From Vicugna vicugna (Eukaryota): a DNA stretch of 64,000 nt. The translations under genes and the position numbers were made by a program. Location: contig MU058423.1 of the NCBI GenBank assembly GCA_013265495.1, positions 2,371,061 to 2,435,060 on the forward strand, given 5' to 3'. A model generated the notes under the pieces. That model saw nothing but the letters and a program-made list of their open reading frames with translations. It ran no database searches and was not told the origin of the DNA. Below are positions 37,721-48,935 of this stretch, one piece after another; positions within the stretch are counted from its first letter, which is position 1; each line of letters begins with the position of its first letter.

Positions 37721-39471
37721 CCTTCTCCCTTTTTTGACTTCAGTAAATCCTTCCAGTTCATCTTTTTGATCTTAACCCAGTAATCCCTTCCTTGCATTTT
37801 TGATTTGATTTTTTTTTAAACCCTCAAATTCCTAGAGCACTAGGCACCTCTTCTTCTTCACAGTTCTCATAGTTGCCGTATCCTGTTTATCTGTTTAATT
37901 CTGGGAGTAACACCTATAAAAGCAGGCACCACATTTGGTTTCATCCCCTCCTCTGTCTGGGTGCCCAGTGCCATGCGTCACCCACGATGGGTGCTGCACA
38001 AATATGTGTAGAGTGTGGACTAAACGAATAACCTCCATGAGAAAGAAGGTGGAGCAGGGAGGAGGGGTCATGTCAAGAAACCACTGCAAAAACAGAGTGA
38101 GTCCAGAATTTCAAATAGCAAGTAGAACAATGGAAGGGAGCAGAGGGCCAAAACCAAACGCCAAAAAGTACAAACCTGTAAGACTGGTGTGGGGAATACT
38201 AACGTGTAAAATGAGCTGAGGCTTAAACAGATGACCGAGACCACAGAAGGACTGTTTTAGAAAATTATCTGGAGCAAGAAAAATAACCAGGAAGAGCCAG
38301 ACCCCTCAGTCTGTGGAGGCAGAATGGCACGTAATTTTAATGCATAGTGTTTCTCTCCCTCAAGAAGAGTAATTCTCAAGCCAGAAAGTTGTAAAATGCA
38401 AATTCCAAGAAGAAGCTCAAGTCCAGGGTCAGTGAAGAGTTGTGGGAGCCGCTGGTCGTGTTGTGTGAGCTCCGGTTTTGAGTAAAACTTGTCAGAACTT
38501 GGAGATATGGCTGCAGAGTCACTGTCTGTGAGTTTTGAGAAATTTGGGAAAGCAGCCAATAGCCAGGGAAATGTGAAATATTTCTCAGTTTTCCAAAAGG
38601 GAAAGAATGTTCATCCGGGTAAGTTGATTGACTGACTTCCAAACTTGACATTGATTCATGGCACAAGTATGTACTAGGTTGGTATGGGATACCTAGAAAG
38701 TAGAATTTTATATTTTCCTACCTCAATAAGTCACCATTTCAAAGTCACCAGCCAGCAAGGTGGAGGCAGTGAATCACCTCAGAGGAAGATTTTGTTCCTA
38801 GAAGAATCTCACGATTGATAACTTTCGTTGTGTAACTGTAGGCTAGCTAGGCACCCACTGTCCTGAGAATGGGCTGTAACTGGACATTTTCCCAAATGCA
38901 CAGCTTGACAAAGGCTGTTCCTCTCCATATTTTTGGTATGAATAGCTGGGTGGCTAGAAGCAATAGGGGAGATTTACACAGGTACAGGGAGCCTTCTGGA
39001 AGGAAAAGACTCAGGATTGTTCCCTTCTCATCTGAAGCTAAATACTATTAGAGCTTCTCTGATGGACTGAAATGGTCACACCTGAATAGATGACCAAGCG
39101 CCTCCCCCGCAAGGGGAAAAACTAACCAGGGGGAGGGGAAGTGTGAAATGGTGACTCAATTGTCCTCCAGCACTATGTGTGGCTGGGGCCAAAGCACCCT
39201 CCCTGCCCCGCAGCCCTCACAGAGAGGGTTTGTAGTAAAGGGCCCACGTGTGGTGCGTTGAGGTGTAAGTTTGATGCCAGGGAAGACTCGCCATGGCCTG
39301 TGTAGAGACCTGGGCTGTCGGCATCCGTCCACAGGAGCTGGGTGGGTCCTCGTGCTCTCAGCAATCGTACAGATGGCAGCAGAGGAGAGAGCTGGGTCCC
39401 TTTGGCCCAAGCCCTTCACAAACTGTACTACAACCATGCGGGGAGCAGGCAGACAGAGATATTTGCTTATT

Positions 39472-39894
39472 TGTTGTCCTGGGCGAACAGTGTCCCTTCC
39501 ACCCCACAAATTCACATCCACCTGAAACCTCAGAATGTGACCTTATTTGGATTAGAATGTAATGCAGATGTAATCAGTTTAGATGAAGTCACACTGGATT
39601 AGGGTGGGCTCTAAATCTAATAAGACTGATATCCTTCTAAGTAGGGAGGAGGACACATAAAGACCCCCAGGGAGGGGGTCCCATGTGACCACAGAGACAG
39701 ACACTAGTGATGCAGCTGCAAGCCAATGACTGCCAAGGGTTGTCCGGAGACACAGGAATCTAGGAGAGAGGCAGGGAATGGATTCTTCTGGATTTCAGAC
39801 TTTTGGCCTCCTGAGCTAAGGGAGAATAAATTTTTATTGTTGTAAGCCACCATGTTTGTGGTACTTGGTTACAGCAGCCCTAGAAACAAATAGA
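39472..39894 (+). mobile_element. MLT1C-like solo LTR (ERVL-MaLR) nested in the CR1/L3
   Basis: gaaacctcagaatgtgaccttatttgga...gcagatgtaatcagtttagatgaagtcacactggattagggtgggc...gagaataaatttttattgttgtaagccacc...ttacagcagccctagaaac. Confidence 0.88.
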
Positions 39895-41049
39895 TTCTGC
39901 CATGTGAGGATTCAAAAATAAGAACTGATGTGAATCTTACTTGAATCCCAATCTGGTAAAGTAAGTTACACTGATGACAGCTTATTAAACAGCTGTCTTA
40001 TCTGTTTTGATAATCAAGTAAATACAGAAATGATAACATCTTATAATATTTTTATGGGTAAACTAAAGAAAGGTGGGTTATATGATAATACAAGTATGAG
40101 GGCTGTCAGCCAGCTTAACACTTCTTTGGATTGATTGATGCTGACTCACAGAAGATTGCACGCCTCTGTGCTTTTACAGTGACTCGGATAAGACTTTACA
40201 TGTGTTCTGATCGACTATGTAAGCAATACAAAGTTGGTAGGGACAAAATGATAGATGACAGGTCCCACATTCAAACTAATCAGGATAGTTAGAATGATGA
40301 AACAAAGATCCCAAGATGACCTTTTTGGAGAGAAAATGTAAAGTTAAATCTTTAGTTTCCACAAGTCAACTGCAAGAATGAACTGCAGGAGACCTGGATT
40401 GAGAAAAACTCATGGGGACATTTCTGGAGATTTCTAGTTAATGCTGGTTTAAAAGGAGACAGCAGTGTTACTTGGTGACTCAAAAAGATAACAATTTTAG
40501 ATCGCATCGATACAGATGTACTAATAACAAACTCATGAATCAACTTCCTTACCGATGGATTAAAATAATTTTAATATAGGCCATCAAAGTGCTTCCTGGG
40601 AAGACCAAATGATTAATGACTAGCTTTGATACACACAGTAATGAGTGAATGTATTTACAGTGAGGGGAGGAAGGCGGTGTCCGAACAAAGGCTTAGTACA
40701 TATTAAATGTGACACAAGCAGCCTCAAGATTCCAAACTGTTCTTTCCCAGTGCTGTCTTTTCCACACCAAGGAGTCAGAGGAGCCGAAGCAGGTCAGGCA
40801 GGAGCTGTGGACGTGGCCACTGCCCCTCGCCGTCCAGGTGAACCAGCAGATGAGCAGCACAGAGGGACTGCAAGAGTGCCCCAGGCCTGCAGGACCTCCA
40901 CACTCCCCTCACTTCCGCCTTCTCCTGCAAATGTCTCTGGTGGGCCATGCGCACTGCGACGTGTGCAGAGAAGGAAATTCTGGGAACTGTAGCTCCCGCT
41001 TAGCTAGACTGATACCATGCAAATCCCATACAACATCTGAAAGGTGATC

Positions 41050-41350
41050 TTTAAATGTATCATTTAGAAATAATACTAGACTTACCAAAACAACAGCAAA
41101 AAATTGCCCAAAGAGTTCCTGTATACCCCAACTTTCCCAAATGTTAACATCTGACCCAAGCACAGGACAACGATCAAAACCAGAAGGTTCACAGTGATCC
41201 TATTAACTCATTGGCAGATCCTATTCAAATGAAGCCAATCGTCCCCCTAATCTCCATTTTCTGTTCCAGAACCTGATTCAGGCTCCCACATAGCAGTTAG
41301 CTGTCATGTCTCCTTCGTCTCCTTGAATCTGGGACAGTTCTTCAGTCTCC
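41050..41350 (-). mobile_element. Old L1 3' end fragment nested in the CR1/L3
   Basis: aagagttcctgtataccccaactttcccaaatgttaacatc...gatcaaaaccagaag...tagctgtcatgtctccttcgtctccttgaatctgggacagttcttcagtct. Confidence 0.75.
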
Positions 41351-43887
41351 TGAAAGAAATTTTGAGGGTAAATTTGACAAACCAGACAATTTCTAGAATG
41401 GTGAAGGAATGGAAAGCAGGAAGCCCAAGGGACCGTTGGCAGGACTGGAGCTGTCAGCTTACAGGGAAGAGGTCTTAAGGGAACATACTAGTTGTCTTTA
41501 AAGTTCTTGTCAAACTCAGAAGGACCCTCATGCAGAAGATGGAGTAGATTTATTCAGTATTGCCCCAAGGAGTGGAAACAGAACCAGGAGGTGGTATTAC
41601 CCATAGGAAGATTTCAGCTTGGTACTGTGCAGAACATTCCATGAGTTAAAACTAACCAACCATACCCTGGGTCTTGGCAGCACTGAGCTGGATCCGGGCA
41701 GACAGATGGACCTGGGTTAACAGGAAGCCAGGCTGAGGCAGGTCATGGGTGGGTGGCAGAGCAGGAATAGCCGTGAGGCGGCTGGCCAGGGCCCTCATGA
41801 CTTAGGGACGTCAGCTCAGGGGAGAGAGCAGAGCAGACAGAGGCTTGGCTGGCAGGCCCCGCAGAGAAGGCTGGCGAGAAAACAGTTAGATCAGAGAACA
41901 CCTCCTCTACCGGGTTTGCTGCCAAAGTCCACTATTAATAGGCAACCTGAGGCATTGCCCACAACCCTACCAGCAGGCCGTCTGCCCCGTCTGTCTAGTC
42001 TGTCCACTCTTACAAGCTCTCTGGCCTCTCAGGAAAGGGAGGGTCCCTGGACGGACAGAAATTGTGTTCTTTGGTCAGGGAGTTCCGAGTTGGGAGCAAA
42101 AGAGGGACAAGGACAGCTCTCAGGGGGACTGAGGTGATCTGGGGGCTGAAAAGCTGCCAAATCCCTGGCAGGGACTTCAGTCTGGGCAGTTCCTGTAGCT
42201 GGAGGTTTGGCCAGGATTCTTCAAAGGGATGGTAATCATATCTATGTGAAATGGGTATCATTGCTGAAAAACAAAGCCAACTAAATGGCAGCAGGGAAAA
42301 CCAAATAATGCTTAAGTAAAGGTCTTACATTTCTATCAGTTGTTGAGATTTTTCTGCCACGTTAGCTCAGCAAACATTTAGTTCACCAACATTCTCATGA
42401 GAAAGTACTAACCACTGCATCACCATGAAACTCTGTCATGCTGTGGCTGTGTCCCTCTATCTGGTCAGAGATCTTGGGTCTGTCTTGCCATTCATCCGTC
42501 TATCATCTGTCCCTCCACCCATCCATTTATACCTTCATCCATCAAGCCAACATTTGTCTAACTTCCACTGCATGCCAGGTTCTGTGTTGGACCCGGGGGG
42601 CATAATAATGAGAAACATCATCTTTCCTGCTCTCAAGTTGCTTATGGTTTAGCCGAGGTGGGAGGATGGAGATAACAAAACAATGACACTGTCACTGGGT
42701 GAAATGCAGACTTCAGCTAAGGAAGTTTAGGTTTCCATTTAAAACTCACCCAACTGAGCAACTTCTAAGATGATTCAAAGTCATCTGTAAGGAGTAAGGA
42801 GTAAGGATTAAGGAAAGTTATTTGAATTTCCACAGACAATTTCAGATTTTATGTGAGAAATTCTTGGGATTGGAATCAGAGTCAGTGAAATTCAATGTAA
42901 TAAATAGGTATTGCATGCCAACGAGGAGGAGAAGAATCACTACCCCCAGTCTCTCCTCTTTTCAGACTCAGGATTATGAGAACCTTTCTGATGAGCTGAC
43001 ATGGTCCCACCGGGAGACCACTGGTGGGAAAGGCCACCGAGAGCTGCCATCAGGAGGGAAGGGGCCTGTGAAGAGGTGACTTGACTTTTACCTTTGGACT
43101 CAGCTGCCCTAGAAAGGTGTATAGGAGCTCAAGTATGAAGCTTTCTTGGCCAAACATGACACTGAGAGCACTGGAGTGTCCTCTCTTGAAAAACCACCAT
43201 GGCCTGTGAGGGGATCTAAATTGTTGGCACAATTGTAGCCATGAACTGGGTGGGACTGTCTGGTCAGCAGCCAAAGCTCATGGTCATCAAAGGACCTGAG
43301 TTCCAGGCACTCCTTTATCACTCACTGGCCATCTGAGTAGGCTCAAATCCCCAGCTGTAAACTAGGGACATTATAATTCCATTCTCCATGGAGTTGTTTT
43401 GAGGTTCAAAAACTAAATTGAGAGACTACGTGGGAAGGCTTTCTGTTACTAGAACAAGAGTGTGATTCATGAACCAGCTCTGGCCAGCATTTTCACATCC
43501 TTAGATGGGTAACCAAGCATCACCTCCTACTAATTTTCACTCTGCCCTTGGGTGAGAGGAATTGTTGACAGAACATTAAATCATTCATTGTTTTGCCCTA
43601 CTTTAGATAGTAGCATTCTTTGTTTTTTGTTTTTTTGTTTTTTCTTTAAAACCAACATTTCTAAGTGTAACCTTGCTATAAAATGGGATAACACAATGTA
43701 CCTTATGGGGTAATTGTAACAATTAAACAAGCTATCAAGTGTCTACCACAAGGCAGGGCCTGGCACCAGCTCTGCACGTGAAATCAATCCCTGCTCCCCT
43801 CCCACCTTGCTCAATCTTCAGCTTTAGTGAGTACACGCAGAGTAGTACTCAAAACCAGTAACAGCTAACATTAATTGAGCACTTACT

Positions 43888-44810
43888 TGACAAGGAGTTA
43901 ATTTCCAGAATATAAAAACAACCTTTAAAACACAATAACAAAAAAACCAAACAACCCAACCAAAAAAATGGGCAGACGTACAAATGGCCAATAGGCACAT
44001 CAAAAAAATGTTCAATATTGCTAATTATCAAAAAATGCAAATCAAAACTACAATGAGGTATCATCTCACACCAGTCAGAACAGCCATCATTGAAAAGTCC
44101 CCGAATGATGAATGCTGGAGAGGATGTGGAGACAAGGGAACCCTCCTACACTGTTGATGGGAATGTAGTTTGGTGCAGGCACTGTGGAAAATAGTATGGA
44201 GATTACTTAAAAAACTGAACATAGACTTACCCCATGATTCAGCAATCCCACTCCTGGGCATATATCTGGAGGAAAGTCTAATTCGAAAATATACTTGTAC
44301 CCCAATGTTCACAGCAGCTCTATTTACAATAGCCAAGACATGGAAACAGCCTAAATGTCCATCGACAGGTGACTGGATAAAGAAGATGTAATCTAGACAC
44401 ACAATGAAATATTACTCAGTCATAAAAAAAATAATGCCATTTCCAGCAACATGGACCTGGAGATTGTCATACTAAGAGAAGTAAGCCAGAAAGAAAAAGA
44501 AAAAGACCCTGTGATATCACTTATATGTGGAATCTAAAAAAAATGACACAAATGAACTTATTCACAAAACAGAAACAGACTCACAGACACAGAAAACAAA
44601 CTTATAGTTCCGAGGGGAAAAAGGTGGGTGGAGGGATAAATTGGGAGTTTGGGATTCACAGCTGCTAACTACTATATACAAAATAAAAAACAAGGTCTTA
44701 CTGTAAAGCACAGAGAACTATATACAATATCTTGTAATAGCCTATAATGAAAAAGAATATGAAAAGGAATATATATGTATGTATAAACCTACTATACATC
44801 AATAAAAAAA
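43888..44810 (+). mobile_element. 5'-truncated young L1 (ORF2 C-terminus, 3' UTR, poly-A)
   Basis: ORF 44170-44391 ([28 protein letters not shown]...[22 protein letters not shown]) is the L1 ORF2 C-terminus. It has an aataaa plus A tail and a perfect 15-bp TSD aattgagcacttact at 43873-43887 and 44811-44825. Confidence 0.95.
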
Positions 44811-44825
44811 AATTGAGCACTTACT

Positions 44826-45050
44826 ATAAACAGACCCATATTATGTGCCTTTTCTGTGTTACTTCATTTAATTCTCACAATAGCACTTTGGAATGTATAC
44901 AATTACTATCCCCATTTTACAGAAAGGAACTAGGCTCACAGAGAAGTTAAGCAACTTGGCCAAGAACACACAGCTGGTAAATAATAGAGCCAGTGTATGA
45001 GCCCACACCTCCCATTCCCAGAGCCCTTGCTCCGGAGTACTGTACTCTGC
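44826..45050 (-). mobile_element. MIR SINE, host of the L1 insertion (remainder at ~43855-43887)
   Basis: catttaattctcacaatagc...tatccccattttacagaaaggaactaggctcacagagaagttaagcaacttggccaagaacacacagctggtaa. Confidence 0.85.
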
Positions 45051-46371
45051 TCCCTTGTTACTGTGTTGGAGACACAAATTCAGTTTTAACTCAGCTTGAA
45101 AGTGACTGATAATCATGAAATGTAGGTTACTTCTAATTTTGCGCTAAACCTTAACTAAATGTGGCTTAGTTCCACTTGCTTTTCCCTGCCTTTCTAACTC
45201 ATCTCAATGATGCATTTCAGTCTACATGTCTCCCTTAATTTGTTTACACTGCTCACCTTAAGTCAGGAGTAATTTGATCTTTTATACTTTAATAGTGCTA
45301 AATGATTCACATGCCTGAAAGACAGAGGGAGAGAAAGAAACAAGATTGACATAAACAGTAGTCTGGGTCCAGCTGGACATAGAAAATAGAGGGTAAAAAA
45401 CAGAGGATTCTCTTTTAAGTAACAAATTTAGAAACTTAACATTTTGCCCCTGAGAGACACAGTGCAAAATAAGAATTTCCCATCTCAAAGGAGCCTGGGA
45501 ATGATACAGACTGTGGCCCCAGATATGACAAGTATGATTCAGAAGAAGAAGTTGATATAGTCGGTACTGAGGTGGAAGATGCAAGGAAGGAAGGACATAG
45601 ATGCAGCCAGGAAACTTGGGTCACCATGGGAACCCACGGTGCTGGGAGATGCAACTCAGAGCATGAAGGGAGGCAGAGCCCAGGCCATGGATGTGGGTGG
45701 GCAGGATTTACTTGAAGGGAGCTCTGCCTGGCTCTTTGCCCTGGTTTTGGAGGTGAAAGTATCCCAGTTTTCATTGAAAACTGGGGTGAACTATCCTGTA
45801 TTTCTGCTTTGGGCATCAATCATGCATCTGCCCCGTGGTGAGGGCACAGGATGCAAAGATGAACCAAAGGTCACACCTGGCCTCAGGAAGTTTACCGTCT
45901 ACTGGGACAGACAGACTGGCAGGCATGTCGTGGCCAGGCTGTGTAATGGGTGCTTTTACGGACTTGGGAAAAGAGAGTAAAAAAGAGGCAGGAAGATGAT
46001 ATCTGGGCTGCGACTTGGAGAATAACATGGTGTTTTCCAGGTGGGTGGCACTGAATGTCATCGCTCCTGGCAGGGGAAACTGCATCGGCAGAGATACTGG
46101 AATCTGAGCTCGTCTGGTGTGTTTAGGAAAGCATGTTGCTGGTATGATTGGAGCAGGAGGTCTGTGTGGGAACGCAGTGAGCGGTGGGGCTGGAGGGCTG
46201 GGCAGAAGTCAGATCACAGATTATGGCTTTCTGTTTATCCTGAAGGTGCCACTCATCGCTGATGGTTTGCTGAAAGCACTGAACAGGGCAGACTTTGCCT
46301 GCCTGGGTGCTACTGTGCTCAGGGGCAGTACTTTTTAGTATTTTTCAAACTATAGGTCACAACCCACTAGT

Positions 46372-46557
46372 TTCTTTTTTTTAATTTAATTTTTAAAAAT
46401 TGTTTGGTCTATCTGTTTTTTTTCCCTTTTTTGAGGTGGGGAGAGGTGGAGAGGTAATTAGGTTTATTCATTATTTTTAATGGAGGTACTGGGGATTGAC
46501 CCCCAGAATCTCAGGCATGCTGGGCACACACTCTACCACTGAGCTATCCCCTCCCCC
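46372..46557 (-). mobile_element. tRNA-Ala-derived SINE (camelid vic-1-like)
   Basis: The reverse complement reads ggggaggggatagctcagtggtagagtgtgtgcccagcatgcctgagattctgggggtcaatccccagtacctccattaaaaataatgaataaacctaattacctc followed by an A-rich tail. Confidence 0.88.
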
Positions 46558-46594
46558 CAGTGAATTTGTTTTTAAATAGTGAAATAGATTAAAG

Positions 46595-47623
46595 CAGTGC
46601 CTTTTGCATGGACAATCTGCTTTTTTTTTTAATTCCAATCTGTCATGGACTGATACTTTTGTAAAACACAATAAGATAATATAAATTAATTACTAGAAAA
46701 AGGACCGTGCTCTTGGATGTCACAACAATGTCAAATTGCTAAAAAAAAAAAAAGTGTTAAAAACACCAACTTTTCTAGCAACTTTATTGAGATATAATTC
46801 ACATACTGTACAGTTCACTCATTTAAATTGTACAATCAGTGGTTTTCAGTATATTCACTGAGTTGTGCAACCATCACCATAACCAATTTCAAAACATTAT
46901 CACTCTTGAAAGAAATCTTCTACCCATTAGCAGTTAATCCTCTTTTTCCTCCAGACCCCCTCCTCCCAGCCCTAGGCAATCACTAACCTACTTTCGATCT
47001 TTATTGACTTACTTATTCTGGTCATTACACATAAATGGAATCATACAATAATGCGGTCTTTTGTGACTGGCCTCTTTCTCTAGCATAGTTTTTAAAAGAT
47101 ACATTCATGTTGCAGCATGTATCAGGACTTCATTTCTCTTTATTGACAAATAGAATTCCATCGTTTGAACATACCAAGTCGTTTATCCGTTCATCAGTTG
47201 ACAAACATATACGTTGTTTCCAATCTGTTGGCTATTTTGCATAATGCTGCTAGGAACAGTCACATACAAGGTTTTGTGTGTATATTTTGATACACACCTA
47301 GGAATGGAATTGCTGGGTCCTATAACTCTAAGTTTATCTTTTTAGGGGACCCCCATACTGTTTTCCATAGCAGCCACACCATTTTACATTCTCAACAGCA
47401 GTGTATGGGTGTCCCAATTTCTCCACAGTCTCATCCGCATGTATTGTCACAGCCATTTCAGTGGATGTAAAGTGATACCTCCTTGTGGTTTGTGTTTACA
47501 TTTCCCTGATAGCTAATGATGCTAAACATCTTTTCATGTGCTGTACACTTACTCTTAATTTCTGCACTTATCTCCTCCCTGGCTGGCAATAAGCAGTTCA
47601 CAGGCCACACTTCAAGTAGCACT
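46595..47623 (-). mobile_element. hAT-Charlie MITE (MER5C-like) split by an L1
   Basis: The right end in reverse complement reads cagtgctacttgaagtgtggcc...gagataagtgcagaaattaagagtaag; the left part continues tagcaatttgacattgttgtgacatccaag...ttttacaaaagtatcagtccatgacagattggaatt...gcactg. Confidence 0.65.
46772..47543 (-). mobile_element. L1 (L1MA/MB-like) 3' end
   Basis: caactttattgagatataattcacatactgtacagttcactcatttaaattgtacaatcagtggttttcagtatattcactgagttgtgcaaccatcacc...catttccctgatagctaatgatgctaaacatcttttcatgtgc. Confidence 0.9.
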
Positions 47624-48029
47624 GGACTGGGAAATACGAGTGCACTTCATGGAGTGAGGTTAAGGGTCAAGGACTGTTTCAGAAAACTTCTATTTCAGTT
47701 AGACACATGTGTTTATGTGTTCAGGATTGAGATAATAAAATGCATTTGTACTTCTTACTGTTTGAAAACCTCCCTGGCATCCATATTCATCCAGAGTGGC
47801 ACAGGCCATTCCTGAAGAGGGCCATTGTCCTTCCAAACACACCTCCTAGTCATGTGCCCCCACCGGAGTCGTGAGGAAATCCGACTGGCAGCTTCATGAT
47901 ATGAAGGTAATAAAAAAGGGTTTAAGTTCCAAACCAATTTAATGACTAAAATAGACCCACTGTTTTGAACTCAGTGAAACATTTTTTAAAAATTTAAAGA
48001 CTATTTCGGTTGTGGGTTTTTTTAATTCT

Positions 48030-48185
48030 TATTTTTATTGAAGTGTAGTTGATTTACAATGTTAGTTTCAGGGGTATACCAAAGTGATTCATTTATACAT
48101 GTATCCATATTTTTTTTTCAGATTCTTTTCCATTATAACTTACGACAAGAAACTAAATATAGTAGGTCCTTGTTGTTTATCTATG
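48030..48185 (-). mobile_element. Young L1 3' tail fragment
   Basis: tttttattgaagtgtagttgatttacaatgttagtttcaggggtataccaaagtgattca...ttcttttccattata, the same tail family as at 26410-26530. Confidence 0.8.
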
Positions 48186-48434
48186 TTGTGTTTTAATGCT
48201 CTATTAATTTGATGACAGTTTTTAAAAATTTGACTTTATTTCATTAAAATGTGATTGTTTAAAAGAGTTGATTTGCTCTGAGGTATAACCAAAGGCAGGC
48301 TATGCCTGGGTCTGCCCTCGGTGGAGGCATAGGCATACCCCATTCGCTTGTATGTATGTTCATGTGTTCACGTACACGTGTGCACGTGCTAATATCTTTG
48401 CTTTAACAGAGTCTGCAGCTCACCCACATTCCTT

Positions 48435-48935
48435 GCAGTATCATTCGCAACAGCCAAGCACTGGAAGCAACCCAAGTGTCTATTGAAGGATAAATGAATT
48501 TTCAAATGTGATATATACATACAATGGAAGGTTATTCAGCCTTAAAAAATACAGAAACTCTGCCACATACTACAATATGGATAAAGCTTGCAGACATTCT
48601 GCCCAGTGAAATAAGCCAGTGACAAAAAGACAAATACTGTGTGGCTCCACTTATATGTGGTACCAAGAGTGGTCAAACTCACAGAGACAGAAAGCAGGAT
48701 GATGATGGCCAGGGGCTGAGGGGAGGGGGAAATGGGGTGTTGTTATTTAATGGGTACAGAGTCAGTTTTGCAGAAGTTCTAAAAGTTCTAAAGATCTATT
48801 GCACAACAAGATGAAAATACTGGCTACTATTGAACTATACACTTAAAGATTAAAATGGTAAGTTTTAGGTCATGTATTTTTTGTTTTAGGTCATGTATTT
48901 TTTTTTACCACAATATGAAATTTAAAAAATGTAAA
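48435..48935 (+). mobile_element. L1 (L1MB-like) 3' end
   Basis: cattcgcaacagccaagcactggaagcaacccaagtgtc...agtgaaataagccagtgacaaaaagacaaatactgt...gaactatacacttaaagattaaaatggtaa. Confidence 0.88.

Larger units (their letters stand above)
38070..41700 (+). mobile_element. CR1/L3 LINE fossil (ORF2 tether, RT and C-terminus), fragmented by nested insertions
   Basis: Collinear hand-translated motifs: CKTGVGNTNV*NELRL (38177-38224), ELGDMAAESLSVSFEKFG (38495-38548), VFQKGKNVHPGK (38588-38623), LIDYVSNTKLVG (40207-40242, the FADD region), KMTFLERKCKVKSLVS (40313-40360), EDGVDLFSIAPRSGNRTRRW (41535-41594). Confidence 0.82.

Noticed and set aside
44170..44391. ORF with real protein similarity
   Set aside because: It is the C-terminal fragment of L1 ORF2 in a 5'-truncated copy, not a host gene.
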